DNA of 64,000 nucleotides from positions 1,163 to 65,162 of IMG/VR virus record IMGVR_UViG_3300025118_004856. One strand, written 5' to 3'. The notes below the pieces were generated by a model that did no database searches, was not told the DNA's origin, and worked only from the letters and a program-made list of their open reading frames with translations. This stretch comes from a virus (Duplodnaviria > Caudoviricetes). Positions 1 through 8,324 of this stretch are shown in pieces. The position numbers were made by a program, and so were the translations under genes. How positions within the stretch are numbered: position 1 is the stretch's first letter; the number at the start of each line of letters is the position of its first letter.

Positions 1-90
1 TTTTTGAGTGAATTCTGCACCTAATTTATCACTCACTATCTTTGGCAAATACTTTTGTATTCTCTTTTTTAATTCTTTTCTAAAATCCAT
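1..90 (-). CDS. hypothetical protein, N-terminal part (runs off window)
   Basis: ATG at 90 with AAGGTG RBS; open to window edge (MDFRKELKKRIQKYLPK...). Confidence 0.5.
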   Translation of the reverse strand, partial: MDFRKELKKRIQKYLPKIVSDKLGAEFTQK

Positions 91-109
91 AATGTCACCT
101 TTATTAAAA

Positions 110-182
110 GGCCGATAGTAGGATTCGAACCCACGACTTTCTCATTACAAAAGAGATGCTCTACCAGCTGAGCTATATCGGC
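110..182 (-). tRNA. tRNA-Thr(UGU)
   Basis: Minus strand GCCGATA acceptor, D arm GCTCAGCTGGTAGAGC, anticodon loop TT-TGT-AA, T loop TTCGAAT. Confidence 0.92.
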
Positions 183-189
183 ATTATTT

Positions 190-263
190 TGGTCTAAGTG
201 GAAGGAATCGAACCTCCATCTCACGACCCCAAATCGCGGATAATACCATTATACTACACTTAG
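190..263 (-). tRNA. tRNA-Pro(UGG), encoded CCA
   Basis: CTAAGTG/CACTTAG acceptor, loop TT-TGG-GG, GGAGG-TTCGATT-CCTTC, 3' CCA. Confidence 0.9.
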
Positions 264-273
264 TCTTTTTAAA

Positions 274-346
274 TGGAGACAGTAGGAATCGAACCTACCC
301 CACGGACGTTGCAAACGTCTGTCGCCCCCTTGGTACATGTGTCCTC
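274..346 (-). tRNA. tRNA-Ala(UGC), atypical D arm and acceptor
   Basis: GACG-TTTGCAA-CGTC anticodon arm, GTAGG-TTCGATT-CCTAC T arm; acceptor has a mismatch in either register. Confidence 0.7.
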
Positions 347-353
347 TTTTAGT

Positions 354-426
354 TGCAGTTGTGCCGGAATCGAACCGACGTCTCTGACTCGTAAGCCAGC
401 ATGATTCCAATTATACCAACAGCTAC
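354..426 (-). tRNA. degenerate tRNA (Val-UAC or Arg-ACG-like) with 6-nt anticodon loop
   Basis: T arm GTCGG-TTCGATT-CCGGC intact; anticodon arm CTGGC-TTACGA-GTCAG is one nt short; mismatches in acceptor and D stems. Confidence 0.55.
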
Positions 427-434
427 ACATATTA

Positions 435-506
435 TTGCGGGAGGTGGAATCGAACCACCGATTTCTGGCTTATGAGACCAGCATGTAACCACTACATCAT
501 CCCGCA
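435..506 (-). tRNA. tRNA-Met(CAU) (Met, fMet or Ile2 not resolved)
   Basis: TGCGGGA/TCCCGCA acceptor, loop CT-CAT-AA, GGTGG-TTCGATT-CCACC. Confidence 0.9.
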
Positions 507-1105
507 TCTAATTTATTAGCATGATCTATTGCTTGTTCAATAATGATACGTTCTAATTTATCTTTTCCAGATTCTTCATTAAACCACTCATAATATTTGA
601 ACCTATCTTCTACCTTAATTACAACAGGATCTAATCCTAACTTTAATGCTTGCCAATTCATTAACATTCTACCTATTCTTCCGTTACCATCAACAAATGG
701 ATGTATCTGTTCAAATTCAATATGTGCGTTAAGATGCCATTTAAGATTTTTTTTATCAACATCTAAAGTCTTGTCATTTAATACTTTATTTACATCCCAC
801 TTCTCTATCCACATGTTAACAGCACCTTCTAATGCTTTCTTCCCCACATCAGGACAAGTTCTATTACCAATACTAACAGCGCAGTCCCTAAATTGCCCTT
901 TGTATTTATCTTCAATATCTCTATCGATCATTAATGCTTTATGAGTATACAAAATAAGAAAATCTTTTAATTCATCATGATTATAAAGAAATCTCCATGC
1001 ACATAAGGATTGTTCTAATGCATCCGTTGACCACTCATTCTCAATCCAATTTGAATGAGTTAATGCTTCAATTAGTAACCTTGATTTTCTATTGTCTAAA
1101 TTCAT
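497..1105 (-). CDS. Fic/Doc family protein
   Basis: Canonical motif HPFVDGNGRIGR. Confidence 0.92.
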   Translation of the reverse strand: MNLDNRKSRLLIEALTHSNWIENEWSTDALEQSLCAWRFLYNHDELKDFLILYTHKALMIDRDIEDKYKGQFRDCAVSIGNRTCPDVGKKALEGAVNMWIEKWDVNKVLNDKTLDVDKKNLKWHLNAHIEFEQIHPFVDGNGRIGRMLMNWQALKLGLDPVVIKVEDRFKYYEWFNEESGKDKLERIIIEQAIDHANKLDAG

Positions 1106-1269
1106 TAATCACTCCAATTATCCATTTCTTCAAAACACGCATCGAAAGGATCCTCTCCATACCAGTCTGCGTAAGATATACCCGCGTATTCGTAACACTT
1201 AAACCAACCCAAATCAGATTCGTCCCACATTGTAAAAGCAAATTTTAATTTCCAAATTAACTTTTTCAT
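1105..1269 (-). CDS. small hypothetical protein (54 aa)
   Basis: Hand translation MKKLIWKLKFAFTMWDES...EEMDNWSD; stop abuts Fic start. Confidence 0.6.
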   Translation of the reverse strand: MKKLIWKLKFAFTMWDESDLGWFKCYEYAGISYADWYGEDPFDACFEEMDNWSD

Positions 1270-1421
1270 CCTTTACTCTCTATTTACCGTACCCTCAAAT
1301 CTTATTTTACTACGGTATTCTGTCAAGTGCTTACCATTAAAACCCAACTCCACCTTTCCATTCACTTATTGGTTTTTTACAACCACCAGCTTGACAAAAC
1401 TTCGTATCTTTGGCAAGTATT

Positions 1422-3299
1422 CTATCCATCCGTCTCTATTGAAATCTTACTTCCATCAATATCCTTCTCTATATTTATTATATTATAGAACCCGCCAAAA
1501 CTATTTAACTTTCTATGGTCAATTAAAAATAATTTCTTCTCTGATGATGAAGCTCTTTCCATCAATAACTCAAGCAAATCGTCAATCCCATTTTCCGATA
1601 ACCATTGTGTAGGTTCATCCCATATCTCTATATTCCAATCTGATCCTGTTCTACTTCTTATTAAATCTATCAGCCCCATTGTACCTGCTATTCTTAGTCG
1701 TTGAGACACACCTCCACCCCAACATTTGAATGGGACTGATCTATCATTATAAGGAGAATTAACTCTTACCTCAAATCCTCTCTTTATTGATTTACCTCCT
1801 CTTGTTTCCTTCTCAATGTCTAATTCTACTTCCCAATCACTTAATCCTAATTTCTGTAGATTGTTATTTATACAAATCTCAAACTCTTGTAAAGCCTGAC
1901 TAACCACAAATAAACGTACATCTTTAAAACCTTTAACCCAATATTCATACAATTTAGATTTCCTTTCTAAATCACTCAATTCCTTTTCCAACTGTTTTAA
2001 ATTATCTTTAACTTTTTTTAGCAATCTATCATTCTCTTCTTTCAGCTTAACAAAAGGGTTATCTTCACTGTTGATTTTGTTTTTACTTCTTAACCGATCA
2101 TCTATTTTATTATTATTATTTTCCATTTTTATACTAGCATCACGCAGCTCATCTTCTACTGATTTAATGTCATCTTCAATATTATTTAATTCTTTATCTA
2201 ACTTACCTAATTTTGAATCTATATCATTCCTTTTTTTAACCATATTAGTTTTATTTATATCATCAGCTTTCATCTCTGTTTCTATTTTATTAGCCTCTTT
2301 ATCTAACTTTCTCAACTCATCTCTAAGATATGTAGCTGATACCTTCTGTAAACAGTAAGGACACTCATCTTTAACCTCTTCAAATTTATCTATACTTTTC
2401 ACAATCAACTCTAGTGCATGATTTTTGACCATGATAATCTTATCCAAATCTAATACACACTCTCTTATCTTATCACGCTCTTTAACCACTTTGCCTATTT
2501 CTCTTGACTCCAGCCTTAACTCTTCCTTCAATTCTTTTTGTTCTATTTTTAATTCAGATATATTTTTTTCAAAAACAGTAATTTCCTTTTTCAATAAAAG
2601 AACATCAGCATCTATATCTTTTATTTTAGTCTTTTGATTTTTATCCCAATATTTAATATCTTCTTCATAATCCTTTTCAGCCAAAACTGATATCTTGCCT
2701 TCCAAAGTGTGCCTATTATTGATGCAAACACCAATATCATTTTTTATTAACTTTACTTCCTCTTTAGCTTTCTCACTTCTATGAATCCAATCATCTAAAT
2801 TTAATATATCACTAAATATCTTTAACTTCTCAGAAGGTTCAAGATCAAAAAACTTAGACGTAAACTGACTTATAAAAACTGAATACAAAAATCCATAGAA
2901 CCCTACCCCAATTAAATCATCTACTTCTTTCTGATTTTTTCCTCTCCATTCTTCAGAATGACCTACAACATAAATAGATAAACCATTAGGGTTCCATGTG
3001 CGCTTTAACCGATAAACAATATTATTTTTTTCAAATTTAATTTCTACATAACACTTCTTATCGCTATCCCAATTAGCAATATCACTTGCCCTTAATTTTG
3101 TAGAAGTGTGTCCATAAAAACCAAAACACAAAGCCTCAAACAAAGAACTTTTACCAACATCATTAGCTTCAAGATTCTCTTCTACTTTATTCTTTCCTGT
3201 TACATAGTTTAATGATTTAGTAATTATATCTTCAAACTTAAATGTTTGTCTTTCTTTAAATGTCCTAAAACCCTGTATTGTTATTGATCTAATATTCAA
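1422..3299 (-). CDS. SbcC/Rad50-like (gp46-like) ATPase
   Basis: Walker A NDVGKSS, coiled coil, zinc hook CPYC, Walker B IWDEP, H-loop. Confidence 0.93.
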   Translation of the reverse strand: MNIRSITIQGFRTFKERQTFKFEDIITKSLNYVTGKNKVEENLEANDVGKSSLFEALCFGFYGHTSTKLRASDIANWDSDKKCYVEIKFEKNNIVYRLKRTWNPNGLSIYVVGHSEEWRGKNQKEVDDLIGVGFYGFLYSVFISQFTSKFFDLEPSEKLKIFSDILNLDDWIHRSEKAKEEVKLIKNDIGVCINNRHTLEGKISVLAEKDYEEDIKYWDKNQKTKIKDIDADVLLLKKEITVFEKNISELKIEQKELKEELRLESREIGKVVKERDKIRECVLDLDKIIMVKNHALELIVKSIDKFEEVKDECPYCLQKVSATYLRDELRKLDKEANKIETEMKADDINKTNMVKKRNDIDSKLGKLDKELNNIEDDIKSVEDELRDASIKMENNNNKIDDRLRSKNKINSEDNPFVKLKEENDRLLKKVKDNLKQLEKELSDLERKSKLYEYWVKGFKDVRLFVVSQALQEFEICINNNLQKLGLSDWEVELDIEKETRGGKSIKRGFEVRVNSPYNDRSVPFKCWGGGVSQRLRIAGTMGLIDLIRSRTGSDWNIEIWDEPTQWLSENGIDDLLELLMERASSSEKKLFLIDHRKLNSFGGFYNIINIEKDIDGSKISIETDG

Positions 3300-4291
3300 A
3301 GTAACTCTTCCCCCACTTTTAATAGTTCATCGTCTATCTTTTCTTTTTCAGAAAATTCTTTTAAAATCTGAGAAGGATTTGTCAATGATCCAGTAACACT
3401 AGAAGACTTCAACCTTAACCGCTTACTCTTTTTTGGTTTTAATTCAACAGAAAACAATTCAAGTTTATTTGTTTTACAAAATTCATTCACTCCTTTTCGT
3501 ATTGCAGGGTATTCATGGAACTCTGATCTAGATAAATTAATTTCAACTTTCACATGATCCCCTCTTTTATATTCTAAATTCTTTAATTCAGAAACATCTT
3601 TTATCTTAAAACTTCTCTTTGCTATTGTTGGATAATTTATACTTTCTATTCTATTTTCCATAGAAATATGTAATATCCTACCTGTATAATTATCCCCAAA
3701 CTTTACTGGGTAAGGAGCACCAACATAAATAAAATTATCTCCTATCTCTTGTGGAATATGATTATCTCCTGATATAAATAGTGTATTTTTATATTTTTTA
3801 AAATTAGTTGGATCATAACCTTCTTCAATACAATAGTTATCATGCACCTTTGAACCCTTAACCATTTGATGCATATACACTATCTTATATTTATTAAAAT
3901 CTAAATCTTTCCAATCCTTTGAAGGGTTTCTTGTATGAGGCAAAAATAATTCTAAAGAAGAATCCTGAGTTTTTTTATTTATAAAATAAACACCATCAAG
4001 TTCATCTAAAAATTTAAAAAACGGAATACTATCATCCTTATCATAGTCGTGATTTCCTTTAACAATATGTATCTCTGCAAATACTTCAGATAATCCTATA
4101 AAAGAATCTACGATCCTATTAACTAACTTATCTGAATGATTATTTTTCCGATCACAAATATCTCCAAGAATATAAAGTATAATACTATTATTTTTCTCCC
4201 CCTGTTTCTTCAACCAAGGAAATATCTCCCATCTATATTCATTCCTAATGTTATCATCTAAATGTAAATCTGTACAAATCAATTTACTCAT
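3296..4291 (-). CDS. SbcD/Mre11-like (gp47-like) nuclease
   Basis: Metallophosphoesterase motifs DLH, LGD, GNHD; adjacent to SbcC-like gene. Confidence 0.92.
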   Translation of the reverse strand: MSKLICTDLHLDDNIRNEYRWEIFPWLKKQGEKNNSIILYILGDICDRKNNHSDKLVNRIVDSFIGLSEVFAEIHIVKGNHDYDKDDSIPFFKFLDELDGVYFINKKTQDSSLELFLPHTRNPSKDWKDLDFNKYKIVYMHQMVKGSKVHDNYCIEEGYDPTNFKKYKNTLFISGDNHIPQEIGDNFIYVGAPYPVKFGDNYTGRILHISMENRIESINYPTIAKRSFKIKDVSELKNLEYKRGDHVKVEINLSRSEFHEYPAIRKGVNEFCKTNKLELFSVELKPKKSKRLRLKSSSVTGSLTNPSQILKEFSEKEKIDDELLKVGEELL

Positions 4292-4811
4292 AATTTATCT
4301 TAATCTTTCTTTTTTCTGTGAACTTTTTAATGTTTTTTAAAAAATTAGAAAACCAAAAAACTTTAAAATAATTGGAAGTTATCACAGGATGCTCAATATT
4401 CGTAAAATAATTAATACAAATAACAGGTATTCGTCCATTTTCTTTAATTATAAGTAAAGGAGATTTTTTAACTCTAATCGCTTCCTCTTGAACTTTTTGC
4501 CAAAATTCTAAAATATTACCACCTGTAGGAGTTCCATAAATTAAAGAATCCCACCGAATATTTTTATATCTCTTACATTCAATTACAAACTTATCTGTTA
4601 ACTTATTTCCAATAGGATCAATAGCAGAAATATCACCAACTTGTGTTACATTCTTCACACCTTTTTTAAATTTAACAGTCGCCCTACCTCCCGACATAGC
4701 TGACCGCCAAAATATGTCATCTCTCTTATCATTAGATATAGCAAGGCTCAACTGTTTACAAACCCATCTTTCAAACTCTCCACCTTTTGCTTTGCCTCCA
4801 CCTTTTTTCAT
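4284..4811 (-). CDS. Holliday junction resolvase, PD-(D/E)XK (Hjc / T5 D14-like)
   Basis: KGGEFER...SAMSGG...GDI...IECK pattern. Confidence 0.8.
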   Translation of the reverse strand: MKKGGGKAKGGEFERWVCKQLSLAISNDKRDDIFWRSAMSGGRATVKFKKGVKNVTQVGDISAIDPIGNKLTDKFVIECKRYKNIRWDSLIYGTPTGGNILEFWQKVQEEAIRVKKSPLLIIKENGRIPVICINYFTNIEHPVITSNYFKVFWFSNFLKNIKKFTEKRKIKINYE

Positions 4812-4964
4812 ACTTTTCTTTCAAGAACAGATAACACTTCTTTTAAAATATCTATTTCCTGAGTACTCTTGCTGCCCCTACGTGCTCCATCTATCACAAC
4901 ATCTGCTGCTTTTCTTAATCTTTCTATTTCTTTGCAATTGTTACAAGCACACATATTTTCCTCC

Positions 4965-6353
4965 TTACAATTTAAAAATGACCTTTTCTATATTATACTC
5001 ATAATACTTTTTATGAATCCACTCAAAGAACCTATTTGGCTTAATATAAAATATTAAACAAAACAAAATCCAATAAGGAACTTTCCCACACAATGCTCCT
5101 AACAAATAAATATTGTATCGAACATCTTTATCTTTATTAGTAAAACATTTCAATGTCGATCTTGTTGAACAGTTACTCATATCACCTGAATAACTTTTAT
5201 CAATGTAACCTTTATCTATGCAATAATCATATAAATCTGTACCTTTAATTGGATCAGTCATTGAATAACTCGTATATGAAACTTTGCTAATTTTAGAAAT
5301 AGTCATAGTGTGCAAATCATCACCAACTGTAGATTCAGGTGCTGCTAACATATAGTTCACCCATGTCTCTATGCCATACTTATGAATCAACTCTAACTTA
5401 TCTCCTATCTGCCAGATATTTGATTTTGATTTTCTATTTAAAATCTTTTCTCTCACATTTTCATTTACACTATCAATTGATAAGTGTACTGAGTGACAAC
5501 CTGCATACTTTAATATCTCAATTAAACACTCATCAACACTATCAATCCTTAAATAACAATTAAATGGTATATTGATTTTTTCTTTATAGGCATAACAAAA
5601 TTTATATAACCATGTGTCGGCTTTCAAAGCAAACAAATCATCCCCAAACTTTATAAAATCACACCTATAATTCAACATAACATATTGAATTTCTTCAATA
5701 ATCCTATCAACAGAAAATCTTCTTACTATCTTCTGCCCTCTATACATTTTATTGTAATGATTGTTAGCACAATAAGTACAACTATATGGACACCCTCTTG
5801 ATGTATAAAAAGTTTTCTTTGGAGTATCTTTTAAATATGAATTTTCTAATGTTAAATCCCTATCAGGAAAAGGTAATGAATCTAAATCTTGAGTAAGTTC
5901 TCCCATCACAGGTTTTAAATTTCGTTTATCAATACAATTATTAGCTAACAATGGGTCACTTCTGTTATTATCTACTGCTGTAAGAAAATGAGCAAACGCT
6001 TCCTCTCCTTCACCAACACAATAATAATCCATCCCACTATCTTTAAATGTCTCAGGTGCAAATGTGGCATGAGCACCACCAAGTATTGAAATATAATTTT
6101 TCCACCATCTTTTAAGCATAATATTCCAATAACAAATTTCTTCAAAATGTTGGATAGTAGTTGTGTAAGCTACCACATCACAAACGGGAGTAGTTATACC
6201 TAAAACCGGAAATGAATTTTCAAACTTCAGTTCACCTACTCTCGCATTAAAAAAATAAGTTTCATGCCCTAACTCCTTTGCTACTGCTGATAAGTAGGCA
6301 ACAGAAATTTGATCAGCGTAGTCTAATGTCGGTACAACAAACAATATTTTCAA
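4965..6353 (-). CDS. B12-binding radical SAM protein (class B methyltransferase-like)
   Basis: GGAHAT and VGEGE of cobalamin-binding domain; CPYSCTYC. Confidence 0.9.
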   Translation of the reverse strand: MKILFVVPTLDYADQISVAYLSAVAKELGHETYFFNARVGELKFENSFPVLGITTPVCDVVAYTTTIQHFEEICYWNIMLKRWWKNYISILGGAHATFAPETFKDSGMDYYCVGEGEEAFAHFLTAVDNNRSDPLLANNCIDKRNLKPVMGELTQDLDSLPFPDRDLTLENSYLKDTPKKTFYTSRGCPYSCTYCANNHYNKMYRGQKIVRRFSVDRIIEEIQYVMLNYRCDFIKFGDDLFALKADTWLYKFCYAYKEKINIPFNCYLRIDSVDECLIEILKYAGCHSVHLSIDSVNENVREKILNRKSKSNIWQIGDKLELIHKYGIETWVNYMLAAPESTVGDDLHTMTISKISKVSYTSYSMTDPIKGTDLYDYCIDKGYIDKSYSGDMSNCSTRSTLKCFTNKDKDVRYNIYLLGALCGKVPYWILFCLIFYIKPNRFFEWIHKKYYEYNIEKVIFKL

Positions 6354-6526
6354 GCTAATTCCCTATTTATAAATTTCATAAACTGGCCTTTAAAATCCTT
6401 AATCAAAGGATTAATCTTACAATCATCACAGACGGAATCATCAGCGTAATGTAAAGTCATACACTCATTACAAGTAGCTTCGTCTATCGGCAGTTGAAAT
6501 AGTCTTTTATCTTCGTCTGGTCTCAT
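6350..6526 (-). CDS. small CxxC protein (58 aa)
   Basis: Hand translation with CNEC and CDDC; overlaps both neighbours by 4 nt. Confidence 0.55.
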   Translation of the reverse strand: MRPDEDKRLFQLPIDEATCNECMTLHYADDSVCDDCKINPLIKDFKGQFMKFINRELA

Positions 6527-7185
6527 TTAAAATACTCTTTAGCTTCTTCATAACCCTCCAATGCCCCTATATCTATAAAAACATTTTTTTCATCTGCTAC
6601 TTCAAAATCATAACAATGCGTACCTATAAGTGGTGGGAACACATGGTGTTCTAATGAGCAACACTTAACATCATAATCGTCTAATTCAGAATTCAAAGCT
6701 ATGTTATTTGCAAAATAAATTCCTGAGTTTATAGTGTTTAATCCATTAGACAACACACCCAACCCAACAGCTACCCCACGTTCTAATTTATAAATACTTT
6801 GCATAACAAATGACCTAAAATCTACAGAACAATATGTATCTCCATTCATTATAAAAAAATACTCGCTATTGACTGCTCCTTTATTAAGAGCACTCCTAAC
6901 CGCACCCCCAGTCCCTAATGGCTCATTCTCATGTGAAATAATCTTCTCACACTTTTCAGGCAGCATATTATAAACATATTGAGCTAATTCTACTCCTTTA
7001 TACCCAGTACAAAATATAAATCTTCTAAATCCTTGATCAAGTAGTTTGTCAACCAATATTTTTAAAAAGGGTGTTCCATTTATATCTATCAAGCATTTTG
7101 GTATTTTATCATTTGTAACTTTTCGTATTCGAGTACCTAAACCGCCGCACAGTATCACCACATCTATTTTTGAAAGATCAATCAT
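6523..7185 (-). CDS. hddC: sugar-1-phosphate nucleotidyltransferase, HddC-like
   Basis: LCGGLGTR, PK, EPLGTGG, NGDT, FIDIG motifs; next to HddA-like kinase. Confidence 0.8.
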   Translation of the reverse strand: MIDLSKIDVVILCGGLGTRIRKVTNDKIPKCLIDINGTPFLKILVDKLLDQGFRRFIFCTGYKGVELAQYVYNMLPEKCEKIISHENEPLGTGGAVRSALNKGAVNSEYFFIMNGDTYCSVDFRSFVMQSIYKLERGVAVGLGVLSNGLNTINSGIYFANNIALNSELDDYDVKCCSLEHHVFPPLIGTHCYDFEVADEKNVFIDIGALEGYEEAKEYFK

Positions 7186-8185
7186 AATTATTATCTATAG
7201 TTGAATAATGGATAACTTGACTTCCTAATGCTTCAAATTTAAAAGGGACATGGACTGATCCTTGCTTTGTCAAAGCGTTTTCAATAATTTTGTGTTTATG
7301 TGGTTCAGCAAATATCAATAAAAATCCCCCTCCTCCTGCACCTAACAACTTACCACCAATAGCACCTTTCCTTAATGCTATATTATACATATTGTCAATC
7401 GCATCTGTACTAATTTTATTAGAAATATCCTTTTTCAATTTCCAACTTTCATGCAATAACTTACCAAATTCTTTTATATCACTTGAACTTCTCAAAATAT
7501 TACTAGCTTCATCAACCAAATCAAATAGACTTCGTAATGTAGCATTCTTTATTTTAAAATTATCTATCTGACTTTTAGCTATATCAGAAGCAAACCTTGA
7601 AAAACCTGTAAAAAATAACATAAGGTGATCTTCCAACAATTTCAATCGTTCTGGATCGATAGTAAATGGATTAACATAAAATTCTTGACGCCCCCCAAAC
7701 TCTATTTTATTAAAACCTCCAAATGAACAAGCTACCTGATCTTGAGAGCCTACATTCTCTTCTATTATTTTTTGCTCAACGTGTAATGATGCCTCTGCTA
7801 GTTTTCTTTTTGTCACCATATCCCCTTGCAAACCGTATAAAGCATGAAGCAAACCAACTGTAAAAGCAGAACTTGAACCTACCCCTGACTTTGCTGGTAT
7901 ATCTCCTGTATGCACTACTTCTAAACCTCCTTTGATTTTCATATATATAAAACAAGCTCTAACTGAAGGGTGTTTTATTTCTGAAACCCATTTAACTTCT
8001 TCTTTTTCTGAATACCTAATAATATGATCAAACTTAAAAAATGGAGGAAGATTTCTTAAAAGAATATAGCAATACTTATTGATTGTAGTAGATAATACCT
8101 GCCCACCATGCTGTCTATACCATTGTGGGTAATCAGTTCCTCCCCCAAATAGACTGACACGAAATGGTGTTCTTGTAATAATTAT
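7178..8185 (-). CDS. hddA: GHMP sugar kinase, HddA-like; start extended to ATA at 8185
   Basis: Frame open upstream through IITRTPFRVSLFGGGTDYP; PAKSGVGSS, GSQDQ, GAGGGGF. Confidence 0.88.
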   Translation of the reverse strand: MIITRTPFRVSLFGGGTDYPQWYRQHGGQVLSTTINKYCYILLRNLPPFFKFDHIIRYSEKEEVKWVSEIKHPSVRACFIYMKIKGGLEVVHTGDIPAKSGVGSSSAFTVGLLHALYGLQGDMVTKRKLAEASLHVEQKIIEENVGSQDQVACSFGGFNKIEFGGRQEFYVNPFTIDPERLKLLEDHLMLFFTGFSRFASDIAKSQIDNFKIKNATLRSLFDLVDEASNILRSSSDIKEFGKLLHESWKLKKDISNKISTDAIDNMYNIALRKGAIGGKLLGAGGGGFLLIFAEPHKHKIIENALTKQGSVHVPFKFEALGSQVIHYSTIDNNYD

Positions 8186-8186
8186 G

Positions 8187-8324
8187 TCAATATCCTTTCT
8201 TTAATAATATTCCCAATTGCCATTCTAGTTCATTTCGTAATCTATCGATCTCATGAGCTGCCCCATTTAATTTATCAGCCAAATCCTGAGCAACTGCTTC
8301 ATTAACAGCTAAAAACACAGCTAT
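8187..8324 (-). pseudogene. 3' half of a small phage gene split by the R-M insertion
   Basis: Reads IAVFLAVNEAVAQDLADKLNGAAHEIDRLRNELEWQLGILLKKGY* with no own start; joins in frame to MNTQELRKAA (12232-12261). Confidence 0.7.
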
